NCBI GenBank assembly: GCA_032718475.1
Contig: JAUCBJ010001873.1
Location: 1 to 64,000 of the forward strand
Source: Nemertoderma westbladi
Taxonomy: Eukaryota > Animalia > Xenacoelomorpha
DNA: 64,000 nucleotides
Direction: 5' to 3'
Part shown: positions 23,416-35,700 of the stretch, piece by piece
Layout of the letters: each line of letters opens with the position of its first letter
Numbering within the stretch: position 1 is the first letter of the stretch
The notes under the pieces: model-generated
Told to the model about the DNA's origin: nothing
Databases searched by the model: none
Seen by the model: the letters and a program-made list of their open reading frames with translations, nothing else
Program-made: the position numbers and the translations under genes

Positions 23416-26269
23416 TAATCACATATATGGTACCAGTCTCATATGCGGTCCTTTTATTGCGTAAGTGGTGGCTTACGTTTAGTTTTATATGCTTAGTTGG
23501 TAGGCACAAATTCTGCATGTTTTAACGAATTCTGAATACAGTAGTATCATTTTCCGTCCCAGAATCCCATTTGTTTTGGTTTTTTAAAATGAATAATATG
23601 AAATATGCAAAAAATTAAAAAGCAAAAAATTTTCGATTTCTTTATGAAGATGATGATGATTTTTCATCTTCATCTCTCATAACTCCAAAACGGTTATTGA
23701 TTTGAAAATTTCGCTTACAAAATTGGGGTACCCCCGCACAGAGTCAAAATTTTCGATTTTTTTTTATATTTAATCTAAACCCTTTTATAGTGACTCCAAA
23801 TATCAACGACTTAAATCACAGTATTTTATATTAAGTTTAGAAAATCAGGATGTAAATAACTTATATTATGTTAATAATATTTCAAAACCATGGTTTTGAA
23901 CATTGGTTTAATATTTTTAAGTAGTTATATGAAATATTTAACTATTTGTTTAATTTAGATACTGGATTCTGTTTTTATATGTACAGTAGGCCAAGTAAAT
24001 ATTGCGTCTATATTTTTTGCTGTGGTGTATTTAAAATATTTAGCAGTATTTAAACAGATAGGCCAATTATGTTAAAATCCAAGCTTAACAAACAACATAT
24101 ATAAAGTATGGGGCTCGAAAATATGAAATTGTCGACTGGTTTAGATTCTTGGCAACTGGTTTAGATTTAGGCTTAGATATATAAGCCGAAATCTAAGCCA
24201 AAATCTATGCCGAAATCTGCTCCGAAATCTTGGCCGAGTCTAATGTTAGCTCTTAAAATCATTTATAAAACGTGGTCCTGGTAGGTATGTCACCTCCCGA
24301 GGATGAGGTCACGCCACGACCCCGGCGTAGGTTCACATTTTAACACGCGCATGCAGGGTCACGCCATTACCCGGGTATGGGGACATGTTCATCCATACAT
24401 TACAACTGTTCATATTTTCCCCATGGTAAAAAACATTAATTGTTCAGTAAAGATTAAACTGTTGGTCATGTCTGGTCAGCCCAATTTTATTTAAATTGAA
24501 TTATACTCATATCGTATCAATGTAAATTCTCTACCTAATAATTTCCCATTAACAATATAAATTTTGTGTTATAACTTATCTAATACATCATTCATTTAGC
24601 AGCTTTTTTAATAATTACGTAAAGCGATATCTATATGGCTCAAATTTTCACATTACCTACCCCGCAATCCATTACTGTTATTCCATTGTGCATATATATA
24701 TTTTAATTATTATGCAAATTTTAAAAACTAATTTATGCTCAAAGGACAATTTATGGTAAATCAATCAGAAACCTATGAGCAAAAGACTTTCCATTACTAA
24801 TCCCTTATAGTTCCATTACTGATGGTAGACGTGAATATCACGGACTAATATTATTTTTCCTTTACATCCTATTAATCCTATTCTATTAATCCATTTCAAT
24901 CATTACAATTGCCATTTCTATCTAACATCAATAAAAATCAATTATCATACTAATAATATAAATGTATCAACATTTCTAAATATAGGTTTGGCTATGTAGT
25001 CGCGTCATCAATTTGATTAGGATGTTGAATGTACTATCCTCAGAAATTTCTTCTTGTACACAGCACACCAATCTTAGAGTTCATCATTGCGAAATATTTT
25101 CTAACAGAATTTCAAGGTAAATCAAATTAATATTATCTGAAGTTTGGTTTGAATGTAGCTAAAACGTGAAAAAAATTTAGATTAATTCACTCAATTTTAA
25201 AAATATTAGTGGGAAAAAAAGGATTTTTATAATAAATTCTAATTGTTATTGTCATTGCCTAATTAATAACACATTTTTCACTTGTTTTATCTTTTTACAC
25301 GTTTTGACACGTATGAAAGATTAATTTTAAGATTAAAAGATTAAAATTAAGAACGTTATGAAACATTGTGTAGCATCATTTCATATCGTATTTGTATTTA
25401 GTATTGTTGAGTTAGAAAAACAGTAATAATGTATAATTTGTATTTTAGTGTTGCCGAGTGATCTAAATACCAATGGGAAGGAAATAGAAGACCAATTCCT
25501 GTCTTCATAAATTACTGGTACATCTATTTTTGGCTATATAAATAAATATTGGGCGTTGGCACATGCGGCAACCGGGATATACAATTGGACTGCCCCCCCC
25601 CCCCCCCCCCCCCCCCCCATATTAAAATCCTGAAGTCTTCTTCACTGAAGTCGGGTCAGCATTATCATGGCTATGACTTAATATATGATAACTACTGATC
25701 CATGTTGTTCGGAATATACTGTATTATTCTAAAAGCATCCTGTCCCTCTAACATAACAAGTCATAAGTACTTCATTTAATGCATTAATGGTCCCAAGGGA
25801 GGACATGTCAACATTCATTACAATATTGTAATGTATACATACATTACAAACATACATATATACATACAATGTATTACAAGATATTTTTTTCTAATGTTAT
25901 TTCTTTAACAAAAAGAAATAGTAACATTTTTTGTTCCTTTTTTTATCTGAATTTTCGAGGAAAAGTAAAAGCATATTTTTTCGAGGCCAAAGACCGATGG
26001 AAAAAATGCTTAACTATTTCGAAGAAATGCGGATTACAAAGAGGATATATTTTCTTTGGTGTTGAACAATTAGGTTATAATGACTAAACAGATTTCACTA
26101 ACTGTAATAGTGTGTACTCTGGCAGGCTTATCATATTTGTTACTTTGTTTATCTTTTTTATTTTTCCTTGGTGAATTTATATTGGTTGAGAGTAGGTGTA
26201 AGCTGTTTTTAGTTGCTTGTCTTTCCAATCAATTTTTGCAAACGTCTTCATTTATAGTGTTAACAACAA

Positions 26270-26425
26270 ATGCTTGATTATTCTTAAGGTGCACTGCCAG
26301 TATCCTTACCTTGTACCAATGATGGGGGTTATTTCGAACTCTAGAATCATGGTTTTCATTTTGACAAAAATGTTTCACTATAGTCGTTTGTGGTTTATGA
26401 TTCCTTATGTTACACTTATATTAGG
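26270..26425 (-). mobile_element. Degenerate Penelope-like GIY-YIG C-terminal fragment
   Basis: TIVKHF...FEITPI...GYWQCTL remnants parallel the element at 30611..31500. Confidence 0.45.
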
Positions 26426-26439
26426 ATAGCCTCTTTTAG

Positions 26440-27510
26440 GATTGGGCGGAAAAGCCAACCAACCACCAAGTTTAAGGCTGAATCACCAGCCGATCGCCTC
26501 AATGGTTGGAAGGCCCACTTGGAAAAGCTCCTCAATAATGACAGGGTATTGCCTGATAACTGTATAGAAGTAAAAGTGTCTGAGTCTGTGTACTCCCAGA
26601 TATTCCCATTGGCGATATCTCCTTTGCAGAAGTGAAAGCTGCTGCAAAGAGCATTAAGACCAATCGTGCCAGTGGAGTAGATGGTGTTCCCCCTGAGGTC
26701 TTTAAAATACCTGAGTGTTTAAAGCTCATCTATCCCATCATAGTAGACATGTACCGAACAACAAGAGTCCCACAAGAAATGAAAACAAATAAGTTGGTGC
26801 CAGTTCCCAAGAAGGGCAACCTAACACTCTATGGTTCTTTTCGGAGAATCTCATTGATCTCGATTGCTGCAAAGCTATACAATAGAATTATATTAAATCG
26901 CTCTGAGACTGCTCCGTGGAAATCAGAATGGGTTCCGTAAAGGTCGTGGGACCATGGAGCCCATTTTGGCACTTAGAAGGATAATTGAAGAGTTATCAAA
27001 AAAGAAAGACAAGCATCTGGCTGTTATCTTTGTTGACTTCTTCAAGGCCTTTGATTCAGTCTCTCGCTCACGTATGTTCAGCATACTTTCATTATATGGG
27101 ATTCCTGATGAAATTATTGCAGCAATCAGATCAGTATACGATGGTTCGACAACATTTGTGTCTACTGTTGACAGTGACACAGAACCATTTGAAGTGTTAT
27201 GGGGCATCCTCCAGGGAGACGCACTTGCACCATTCTTGTTCATAATTGTGGTTGACTATGTTCTACGCATGTCCTTAGATCATCATAATGATGATGGGGT
27301 GATGATAACTCCACCTACTGGCTCCAGAAGTCGAGGAAATCCTGCCAAGAACCTAACTGATCTAGACTTTGCTGATGACTTAGGAGTACTCTCAGAATCA
27401 CTAGGGGGAGCCCAACGGCTCCTCAGCTCATTAGAACATGCTGCTTCTAGTGTTAGTCTTTTTATTAACTCCAGAAAGACCAAAATTTTGACAGTTAACT
27501 TTGAAAGTCA
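26440..27510 (+). mobile_element. RTE-clade LINE internal fragment
   Basis: ORFs 26632..26940 and 26954..27520 match the RTE family (ASGVDGVPPE, VPKKGNL, VDFFKAFDS, FADD). Confidence 0.92.
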
Positions 27511-27788
27511 GGCATTATAACTTTGAAAGTCCTCAGGCATTATTCTCAGGCAAGTCGGTATTATTGCGGTGGTCAATCAGAATAACAATATCATCACCAT
27601 CTGGTAGGTATTAGTAGACCTACTCGCCTCCATAGTGAGTGATACGAGGTCCGGTAGGTATTAGTAGACCTACTGGAGCCCTTACAGGTCAAGTGGGAAG
27701 TGACCCAGATCTGCGCTATTTATTAGACAGTGCAGGAATCAAAGTCAGTATCGTTTGAGGCCGTCATCGCCAAACACAAAAGGATACA

Positions 27789-28850
27789 CTACTACTACTA
27801 CTATAATCGGCCTGGTGGCTGCATTGATACTCTACATTGAGATGCTATACCAGCTTAACAAAAACATTTTGTCACCACCACGCAATCCACAATTGGCAAG
27901 CGCAATGTAGCATGCATTAAGAATGCTATGCGGGCTTATCAACAAAGTTGCACTGCCATATTTTCACGAGATTATAGAGTCCTTTAGGAGGCACATGACT
28001 GTGCACAGGCTGGTCCTCACGGCGAAAACAGTGTCCTGCAAAACGGAAGTGGCTTTGTTCTAGTGTCAAGCTTGGGGGAACCAATGAGACACCCCCAATG
28101 TTATGAAGTGTCTGATTGGAGATATGTGCATTGTACTTGACACAGTGAACCCGGCGTAGCATTCTTATGAACGTGCCATCCAGATATTTGGTGTCCTCAG
28201 CAGTTAGAGCTCATCATGGACTCTCATAAAGGAGTACTGGAACTACTGCTCTAAGTAATCAGACATTAAGTTTTCTATAAATTCTGTGTGACTCCCAAAT
28301 CTTGGAAAGCCCATTCAATGCCTATTCTGCTATTCATTCCAATTTAGTAATTCCTTTAGTAATTTAGTGTTACATGTGTGTTAGGGGTCCCTGGTACATT
28401 ATGCTGTTCCCGGATTGCCGGTGTACGAAATGAAATAAATAATAATAATGCTGCCCATGCCTTTCCTTACGTATTCGAAGGTCCTCACCTGACTTCCGGA
28501 TCCATGATCCCAGGTAACAGAAGTCGTCCACATGCTCAAGCATACCATCCTTTGAGGTTAGGATCATCCGGTCCGAGACTTGCTGAGTACTTTCAAAGTT
28601 AACTGTCAAAATTTTGTTCTTTTGGAGTTAATAAAAAGACCAAAACTAGAAGCAGCCTGTTCTAATGAGCTGAGGAGCCTTTGGGCTACCTCTAGTGATT
28701 CTGAGAGTACTCCTAAGTCAACAGCAAAGTCTAGATCAGTTAGGTGCTTGGCAGGAGTTCCTGGACTTCTGGAGCCAGTAGGTGGAGTTACCATCATTAT
28801 GATGATCTGAGGACATGCGTAGAACATGAAAAAACCACAATATGAATAAG
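27789..28850 (-). mobile_element. Diverged RTE-clade LINE 3' portion
   Basis: ORFs 27926..28162, 28370..28609 and 28606..28827; (TAG)n tail at ~27789-27803; internal insertion near 28320-28450. Confidence 0.88.
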
Positions 28851-29543
28851 CTGAGTTTGATTAAATAAATATATAATGAAATATAATATTAAATTAGTTA
28901 AATATATATAGTTACTAAAATGAGTTAATGATAGTTGATGCATAATATAATTAAGTTTATTGCGAGAATAATAATATATTTCGTACCGACTGGCGGTGCT
29001 TCATCAGATCAAACAGTATACCATGCTCATGTGGGAAATTTTACATAGGAGAATCTAGTTATACAAAGGACGTCCAACAAAAAGTACACACTGCATATAT
29101 AAAACACAGTAGAATCAAACAACCAGAACTCACCGCCCATATCATCACATCAAAACATACACCTGATTTTGAAAACTCCAAAATATTACACAGAGGATTG
29201 AACTACACTTTAAGACGAAGAATTCTAGAAAGTTTATTTATAAAAGAGTTTGAGGTGACAAAGTTATTAATGGTAAATTATCAGTGAACGTATCATCAAT
29301 ATTCATACCATTTCTACGCGGTATACAAAATTTATATAACGGGCCCACAACCACATTAAACATACACACTAACATAATAAGCATAAAGGGGGGGGGGGGG
29401 TAATATTAAAAATTAAAAACACCAAAATACATAAAACATTTAGGATACATCAGTAGCATTTGTTAATTTAGAATGCATCATTAGCATTTATTAATTTATG
29501 ATGTAACAGTAGCATATATCAATTTAAGTTATGACATATTAGT

Positions 29544-29690
29544 TAGCATTTATTAAATTAGGATATATCTATTTGTAGCATTTATTAATTTAGGTTATAT
29601 CTATTTGTAGCATTTATTAATTTAGGATATATCTATTTGTAGCATTTATTAATTTAGGATATATCTATTTGTAGCATTTATTAATTTAGG
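29544..29690 (+). repeat. 31-bp minisatellite (TAGCATTTATTAATTTAGGATATATCTATTT-like)
   Basis: About 4-5 tandem units, with degenerate units upstream. Confidence 0.85.
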
Positions 29691-29925
29691 GCATTAATAA
29701 TATTTATTAACATTTAAAACACCTTTGTAATGTACGTTCAGTGTAATTAGTCAAATTGGATTAAATTATATCGTTACCGTGTTATTACTACTATACTGTA
29801 CTCACATCCAGACTGCCCCAGTATCCCTTTATATAAACAAATATTAACATCCATTCTACATATTAATCATATTTTCTGTGTTTTACCTTATTTGTTATAA
29901 CCCAACTCTGTACTTATTCTGTTTA

Positions 29926-29972
29926 GTTTGATCTGATGAAGCACCACCAGTCGGTACGAAATATATTATTAT
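29926..29972 (+). ncRNA. Minimal Penelope-type hammerhead motif (inverted copy at ~28968-29014)
   Basis: TGAT-CTGATGA-AGCACC..GGTAC-GAAA-TATAT-T-ATTA; palindromic stem III; stem I is weak. Confidence 0.55.
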
Positions 29973-30610
29973 TCTCGCAATAAACTTAATTACAAATAGT
30001 TACGTTACAAATATAATATAAGTATCGGTATATATAATATAATATAATAAATAATTTATTAATATTCCCTCTCACTTAAACTTAAACAACACGCAATCTC
30101 TGTCCTACAAACTCGAGTCCCCTCTCACCCCTCATGACAAACTTACTTCCAATCAAATCAAAATCAAACAGCTGATTTCTCCTACTAATAGTACTTTACT
30201 AATTAGTTCTCTGTTAATTATGTATCAACTTAATATTTCCACAGGGTTCTAGGAAAGGGGCAAGGGGGTTTCTGCTCCCCCAGGCATCTTGAAGGGGGGG
30301 TTCTTCCCCACCTCCCGTGTATATTTAAATTCATAGTGCAATGGATATCACTCACACAGTACGTATTACATAAATATTTTTTGTAAATATCATATCAGTT
30401 TTTATTATTAATATCTATCAGTTTTTGGGAATCCACATTTAATGTAACAAATAACATTCTGTGCTTGGGGCATAACAGATAGAATTACCTTTATCATTTT
30501 AATTCGTAGCCTCTCTAGTTTTTATGTTATCTATCTGTCAACCATTATTATCTTTTACACTACTACGATCGGCATGCTGCATTACAGCTGCATTATATAT
30601 ATATTACATA

Positions 30611-31500
30611 ATTGTATAAATTATAAAACCCAAGTAGATAAATACAACCACAGGGTGCGTGATCCGGTCAATTAATAATAATAATAATAAATTGAAGTAA
30701 ATATTAGAGAGACCAATATCCCGCTGTTTTTAAAAATATATATTTATTTCTTAAATTTTCCAGTTGGCATTACTCTTAATCATGGTATTATTGTAGCTAA
30801 ATTATAGTAAATGTTTGTTTCTAAGAAACTACACATTTTAAAATTATATTATATTTAAAATGTTTTACAGTCCGAGTCTCTAAGAGGGATTAAAGGCTTG
30901 TAGACCTTATGAGTTAACAACTGCTCCATTTATTGAGCTCATCCCGTATGGTTCTAAAGTATTCAGTTAACATTGCCAGTATCCCTCCCCTTTTCTTAGT
31001 TTTGTCTTTAAGTCCTTACTTAAGTATTCGCTGTTACTCTTTCAATGGGTGTGATCCTAAAATCTGCAAACAGATGGTATTCTAATTCGGTGAAATGTGC
31101 ATCAATTGTACAACTCGGTGTCTTTCTGTTAGTGATCTGGGATTTATAGTTTCCTATCCTAGCTTTGAATTTCATGGCTGAGCCCACCCCTTGTTTGTTG
31201 CATTTAAGGCATATTACTAAATTCACAAGATTGTTACTGTCACATCTCATTTTACATCTAATATTATACTGTTTATTTTTATCCCTAGCATTGGAGTGAA
31301 ATTTCTTCATAGGTAGCATCGCCTTACACGGTACACATGTAGATCTTGTGCAGTTTGTTGCTTCCCCTGTTGTGTACTGTTTATTGTTACAATTATCTTT
31401 ATATTTTGAAGGCGCTGGTTTGTTGTGTAAAGTCTTTGCCCGTCGTTGAACTTCTCCTATGGATATTGGTCTCTTTATTATTTACTAACCATTTATTATT
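30611..31500 (-). mobile_element. Second Penelope-like fragment (different family), inserted in an RTE 3' end
   Basis: ORF 31020..31319 (CDSNNLVNLVICLKCNKQGVG...R..NYKS...HF...ITPIE) followed by EGYWQC*LNTLEPYGM; short inverted repeat at ~30697-30720 and ~31462-31486. Confidence 0.75.
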
Positions 31501-31646
31501 ATTATATATATTACATATATATTAAGAATGTTGTGCCGGCTTGTCGACAAAATTGCGCCACCACAACTCCCTATCCTATCACACATACTACTACTAGGAT
31601 CGGCATGCTGCATTGCAGCTGCATTTTTAAGAATGCTGTGCCGGCC

Positions 31647-32514
31647 AATTCGGTCCCGGACAATTCGGTCCCATTAATGTTGTGTTTTGGGACCGAATTG
31701 TCCGGGACCGAATTGTCCGGGACCAAATTTAATTGGTACTATATAATGGTGAATGTTCTAGAACCTTAATATATAATGGTAGCTAGTATTTTTTTTACTA
31801 GCTAGTAATTTTTTGAAAATAAAAAAAATTTTACTTTATTTTTGTTAACATTATTAGTTATGGTAGCTACTGTATGGTGTTTTTATGGAGCTTGTGAATT
31901 ATTTACTAGCTAGTAATAGTTTGTATTTAAATTGTTTAAAACTGATTTTTTTTTATATATTGCGTATGTATACTGCATGTGTTGTTGGTTGGTTAACAAG
32001 CCTAAATTATTATCTTAGATAATAGCTGGATCTCATACAGGGACTGTTATAATATCTTCAATATTTTTGGTAATTAATATAATCAGCAACAGTTTAGGCC
32101 TAATTATGAAATATCAATGTTTTCACAAGTGTTTTTATAATTTCAAGTAAATGCTAGCTAGTAAAAAAAAACACTAGCTACACCTTAATAAATAATATAT
32201 AATAATGTTCTCGAACACTTACCAATAACAAAAATAAAATAAAAATACAGAATTTTTAATATTTCAAAATATTCTAGCAAGTAAATAACACTAGCTACCA
32301 TAAAAATATCTCTACTAATGTTCTAGAACATTCACCAATATCAAAAAAGCACTAAAAAGTGCTATAAGGAACCGGACAATTCGGTCCCGGACAATTATCA
32401 GCATTGGACCGAATTGTCCGGACCGAATTGTCCGGGACCGAATTGTCCGGACCGAATTGTCCGGGACCGAATTGTCCGGGACCGAATTGTCCGGGACCGA
32501 ATTGTCCTACATCC
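31647..32514. mobile_element. Second, left-truncated copy of the 15-bp-repeat foldback element
   Basis: Collinear with 9251..10949; right end GTCCTACATCC; left end abuts an RTE 3' fragment. Confidence 0.88.
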
Positions 32515-32789
32515 AGAGCGAAATAACACAGGCTTGGAGTGCTTATTATATTTCTTAAAAATTAGTTTTATATTACAATTTATATTACAAAATTTGAAAA
32601 TTTGATCAACTTATTTATGGTATATATGTAAAGCTCCTTCTTTTGCTATTTCAACACAATGTCAAATCTCAGATCATAATATATAATAATATTCAAATCG
32701 AAGCAGAGTCGTCATACATCTTCACATCACTGTGATTTGATATTGATGACCTGTATCTATTTGTAGAGATGTCATTAACCTTGCATTGT

Positions 32790-35700
32790 TTATGATAGTG
32801 GAGTGTTATTGAGCTGCACATTGTAACCTTTTATAAGGTTGTATGTGATAATTTTGAAAAACATTTTCCATGCATTTTCCACTTCTGGTGACCAAACTAT
32901 GAACACAGGTTTAAGTGAGCAAATAAAGTGATTGGCGAACATCTGCAAAAGTAAATAATAATTATTTAATTATTATTTATACTTACTAAAGAATAAATTA
33001 ATATATAAATAGTCGAAATATGTATGATGTATTTACCATGTGGTTTTTGCTTAACCCTAGAGAATTTTATGAACTTCTAAATTAAAACTAATTTAATGGT
33101 TTCAAATGTATTCCATGTCATAACTAACTTTTTCTTTTGTTTATGTCTGATATGTATGATATGTCCCTGAAGACAATCGCCTCATTTTTTAAACATCACC
33201 AGATATTTACTTTTTAATATATATAGTTTGTAAATGTTTCGGGAGATTAAAATCAAAAATATACACCGATCAACCAAGCACAGCAACCCAGCACAGCAAC
33301 CCAGCACAGCAACCCAGCACAGCAACCCAGCTCAGCATGTTTTAGTTAATAATTTGCACAAACAAAAATGACAACACGACAATCCATAAAAAATACACCA
33401 TTAATATTAACTGCGGAAGTTTGAACAACAATTTCTATCCTTGAAATAAAATACCCTCACCGAAAACTTCAACTGGACAAATACAGCTGTCATTACTTAC
33501 TGATAAGAACAGGTGTGTGCGCGGTGCTGGTTAGGGTGTAATTTTGAAAGTGGCATAATGAAAAAACGAAAATTTATGGTTCGAGATAATTAATCCAAAT
33601 GGAAAAAAGTTGTAGTTGTTGTAACTTTATATAAAATCTCCATCAATATTACATTTTTGCGCCGTTCGTTCATGGCAAAGTTTAACGCAAATTTCAAATT
33701 AGCCCAACTTAATGCCAATATTTTATTTTCATATTTATTTAATAAAAGCACATCGGATCAATTGCATATTCGCAAAAAATAAAATTTTCTCGATTTTAAA
33801 AAAAAAATCCACCTCGAATTCTATATTGTGCAAATTAGTTTCTTGGCTAACTAAATATAAATATTACTGGGATTATTCTTTTGGAAATGGGATCAACGCT
33901 TTTGAAAATTGGTTACCGACCATACTTTTATTTTCTTCATTCGTACTCATTTTTTTCGTGGAATCCAAATTCTTTTCGATATTTCTCAATTAAATTCCCC
34001 AAACATTTTTAAAAGACTTTAACTCAATTTCAACATCAGAGTACCGATCGCAGTATATCTTGACCACAATTTTCTGGAAATTAAATTTAATATTTATTTA
34101 TATAATCAGCCTCTATCAGTGTCTAATATAAAAATAAATAATAAGTAATTATAATACTTTGCAGAGGACTCGAGATACAGCATGGGCTTTATAAGGCCCT
34201 TTGGATGTTTAAGGGTTGAATACTATACTTTACCCTGGTTTAAATTGTTAATATACAATTAACCTCTCATTCATATAAACCATCCGATACTGTAAGAGCC
34301 TCTATCCAATGAATACAAGCCTAAAAGAAACTACTGTCTTTGGTCTTTGATCATTAAATGACCAAAGTGTAACATTTGTTGTCATTACTATTCACAACTC
34401 ATTACAATTATATTACATTATTACATTACAATTCATTACTGTAGGTATATATAAACAATAAAAGCCAAATAATAATACATTTTTTGAACGTTTAAAACCA
34501 CCATTCCCTCCATTCCCTGTATTGTTAACGAGATCGTATTGGTTAAAAAATGATAATTTTGCGACAGGCATAGGGAAATGGACTACCTAACAGTCCACAA
34601 ATCATCAACATCAATTTTAGAATGTTTTACAACAGGCATTGCACAATTACACTATCTGGCAGGCCAGAAATCGACAAAATTTTAATTGTATTGGCACAGG
34701 CATGGTGAATTAAACAGTCTGACAGTACAGAAATCACTCTGGCAGTTTGAAGAAAACGGACACAAAAGTCATTAAATGGACGAAGCCTGTATGCAAATTT
34801 CTTTATTAAAAAAAAAACGATAAAAAGTAAAAAAACTGACATAAAAAATCACCGCCATTCAAATGTGCCTTGGACTATTCCAAATGATATCAAATGTTTA
34901 TAATAAAATATTAATATCATTTATTCACCAAAGCGCCTTTTGAGTACATTTAGTGAAAATCAGCCCTTGCTCTCTTAGAATGCATGTTTTGCACCGCATA
35001 AGGGATTAACAATATATGCGTGTCAAAAATATTGATTATGATTGATTCTTAACCAGCATCCTCATTGCATTATCGTCACAGTATCCCCACCAGCACCAGT
35101 TTAATCTCTGACAATCAATCCATCACTACATCAAAGCAAAGCAGTCGCCTATTTATGACTACTTGCAGGGGGACCTCAGGCCAACATGAAGTAGAAGAAC
35201 TGAGGTACCGGTACTGCATTGGCAGATTTGACAGAATCAATTAAACAACGGGAAACTTCTGTTATAATAGCTACCGGTATTGTTTAGTGAAAGGGTTAGT
35301 TAGACCATGTCCTAAACACAAAATGCTGCACTGACTGCACTATAGCAGTGCATCCTCATCCAATGTCTGTATACCACTACCATAATAATGTCCTACTGGA
35401 CTACACAGCACACGTACAATGTATTCTAAATTAAAGAATTTCTGAAGGCAGTATATATGCAACTTTATACCAACGTATTTTTGTATTAATTAACTAATTA
35501 ATTTACTGTAATGTCAGACTGTCTCTTACCTAATCAGTTTGTCGTTAATTAAGTTGATTATTTAGTTTTGCAACATTTCTTATATAGGTTCATATTTAAC
35601 ATTTCAATAAATATTTTTGTGAAAATTTAATCAGCCTACCTCAATTAAAAAAGGTTTTGCCATGTAGCCAACGTGCCGTTTCCCAAGTTCGATAAGAACA

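Larger units (their letters stand above)
28949..29991 (+). mobile_element. 5'-truncated Penelope-like element with inverted pseudo-LTRs
   Basis: IPCSCGKFYIGES...H..DFENSKIL...RRILESLFI (GIY-YIG endonuclease) from ~29018; ~66-bp inverted repeat (28949-29014 and 29926-29991) containing CTGATGA...GAAA. Confidence 0.85.

Noticed and set aside
27103-27112. Other CTGATGA words (also ~22996 and ~48789)
   Set aside because: No stem II, GAAA and cleavage-triplet arrangement; two lie inside coding sequence.
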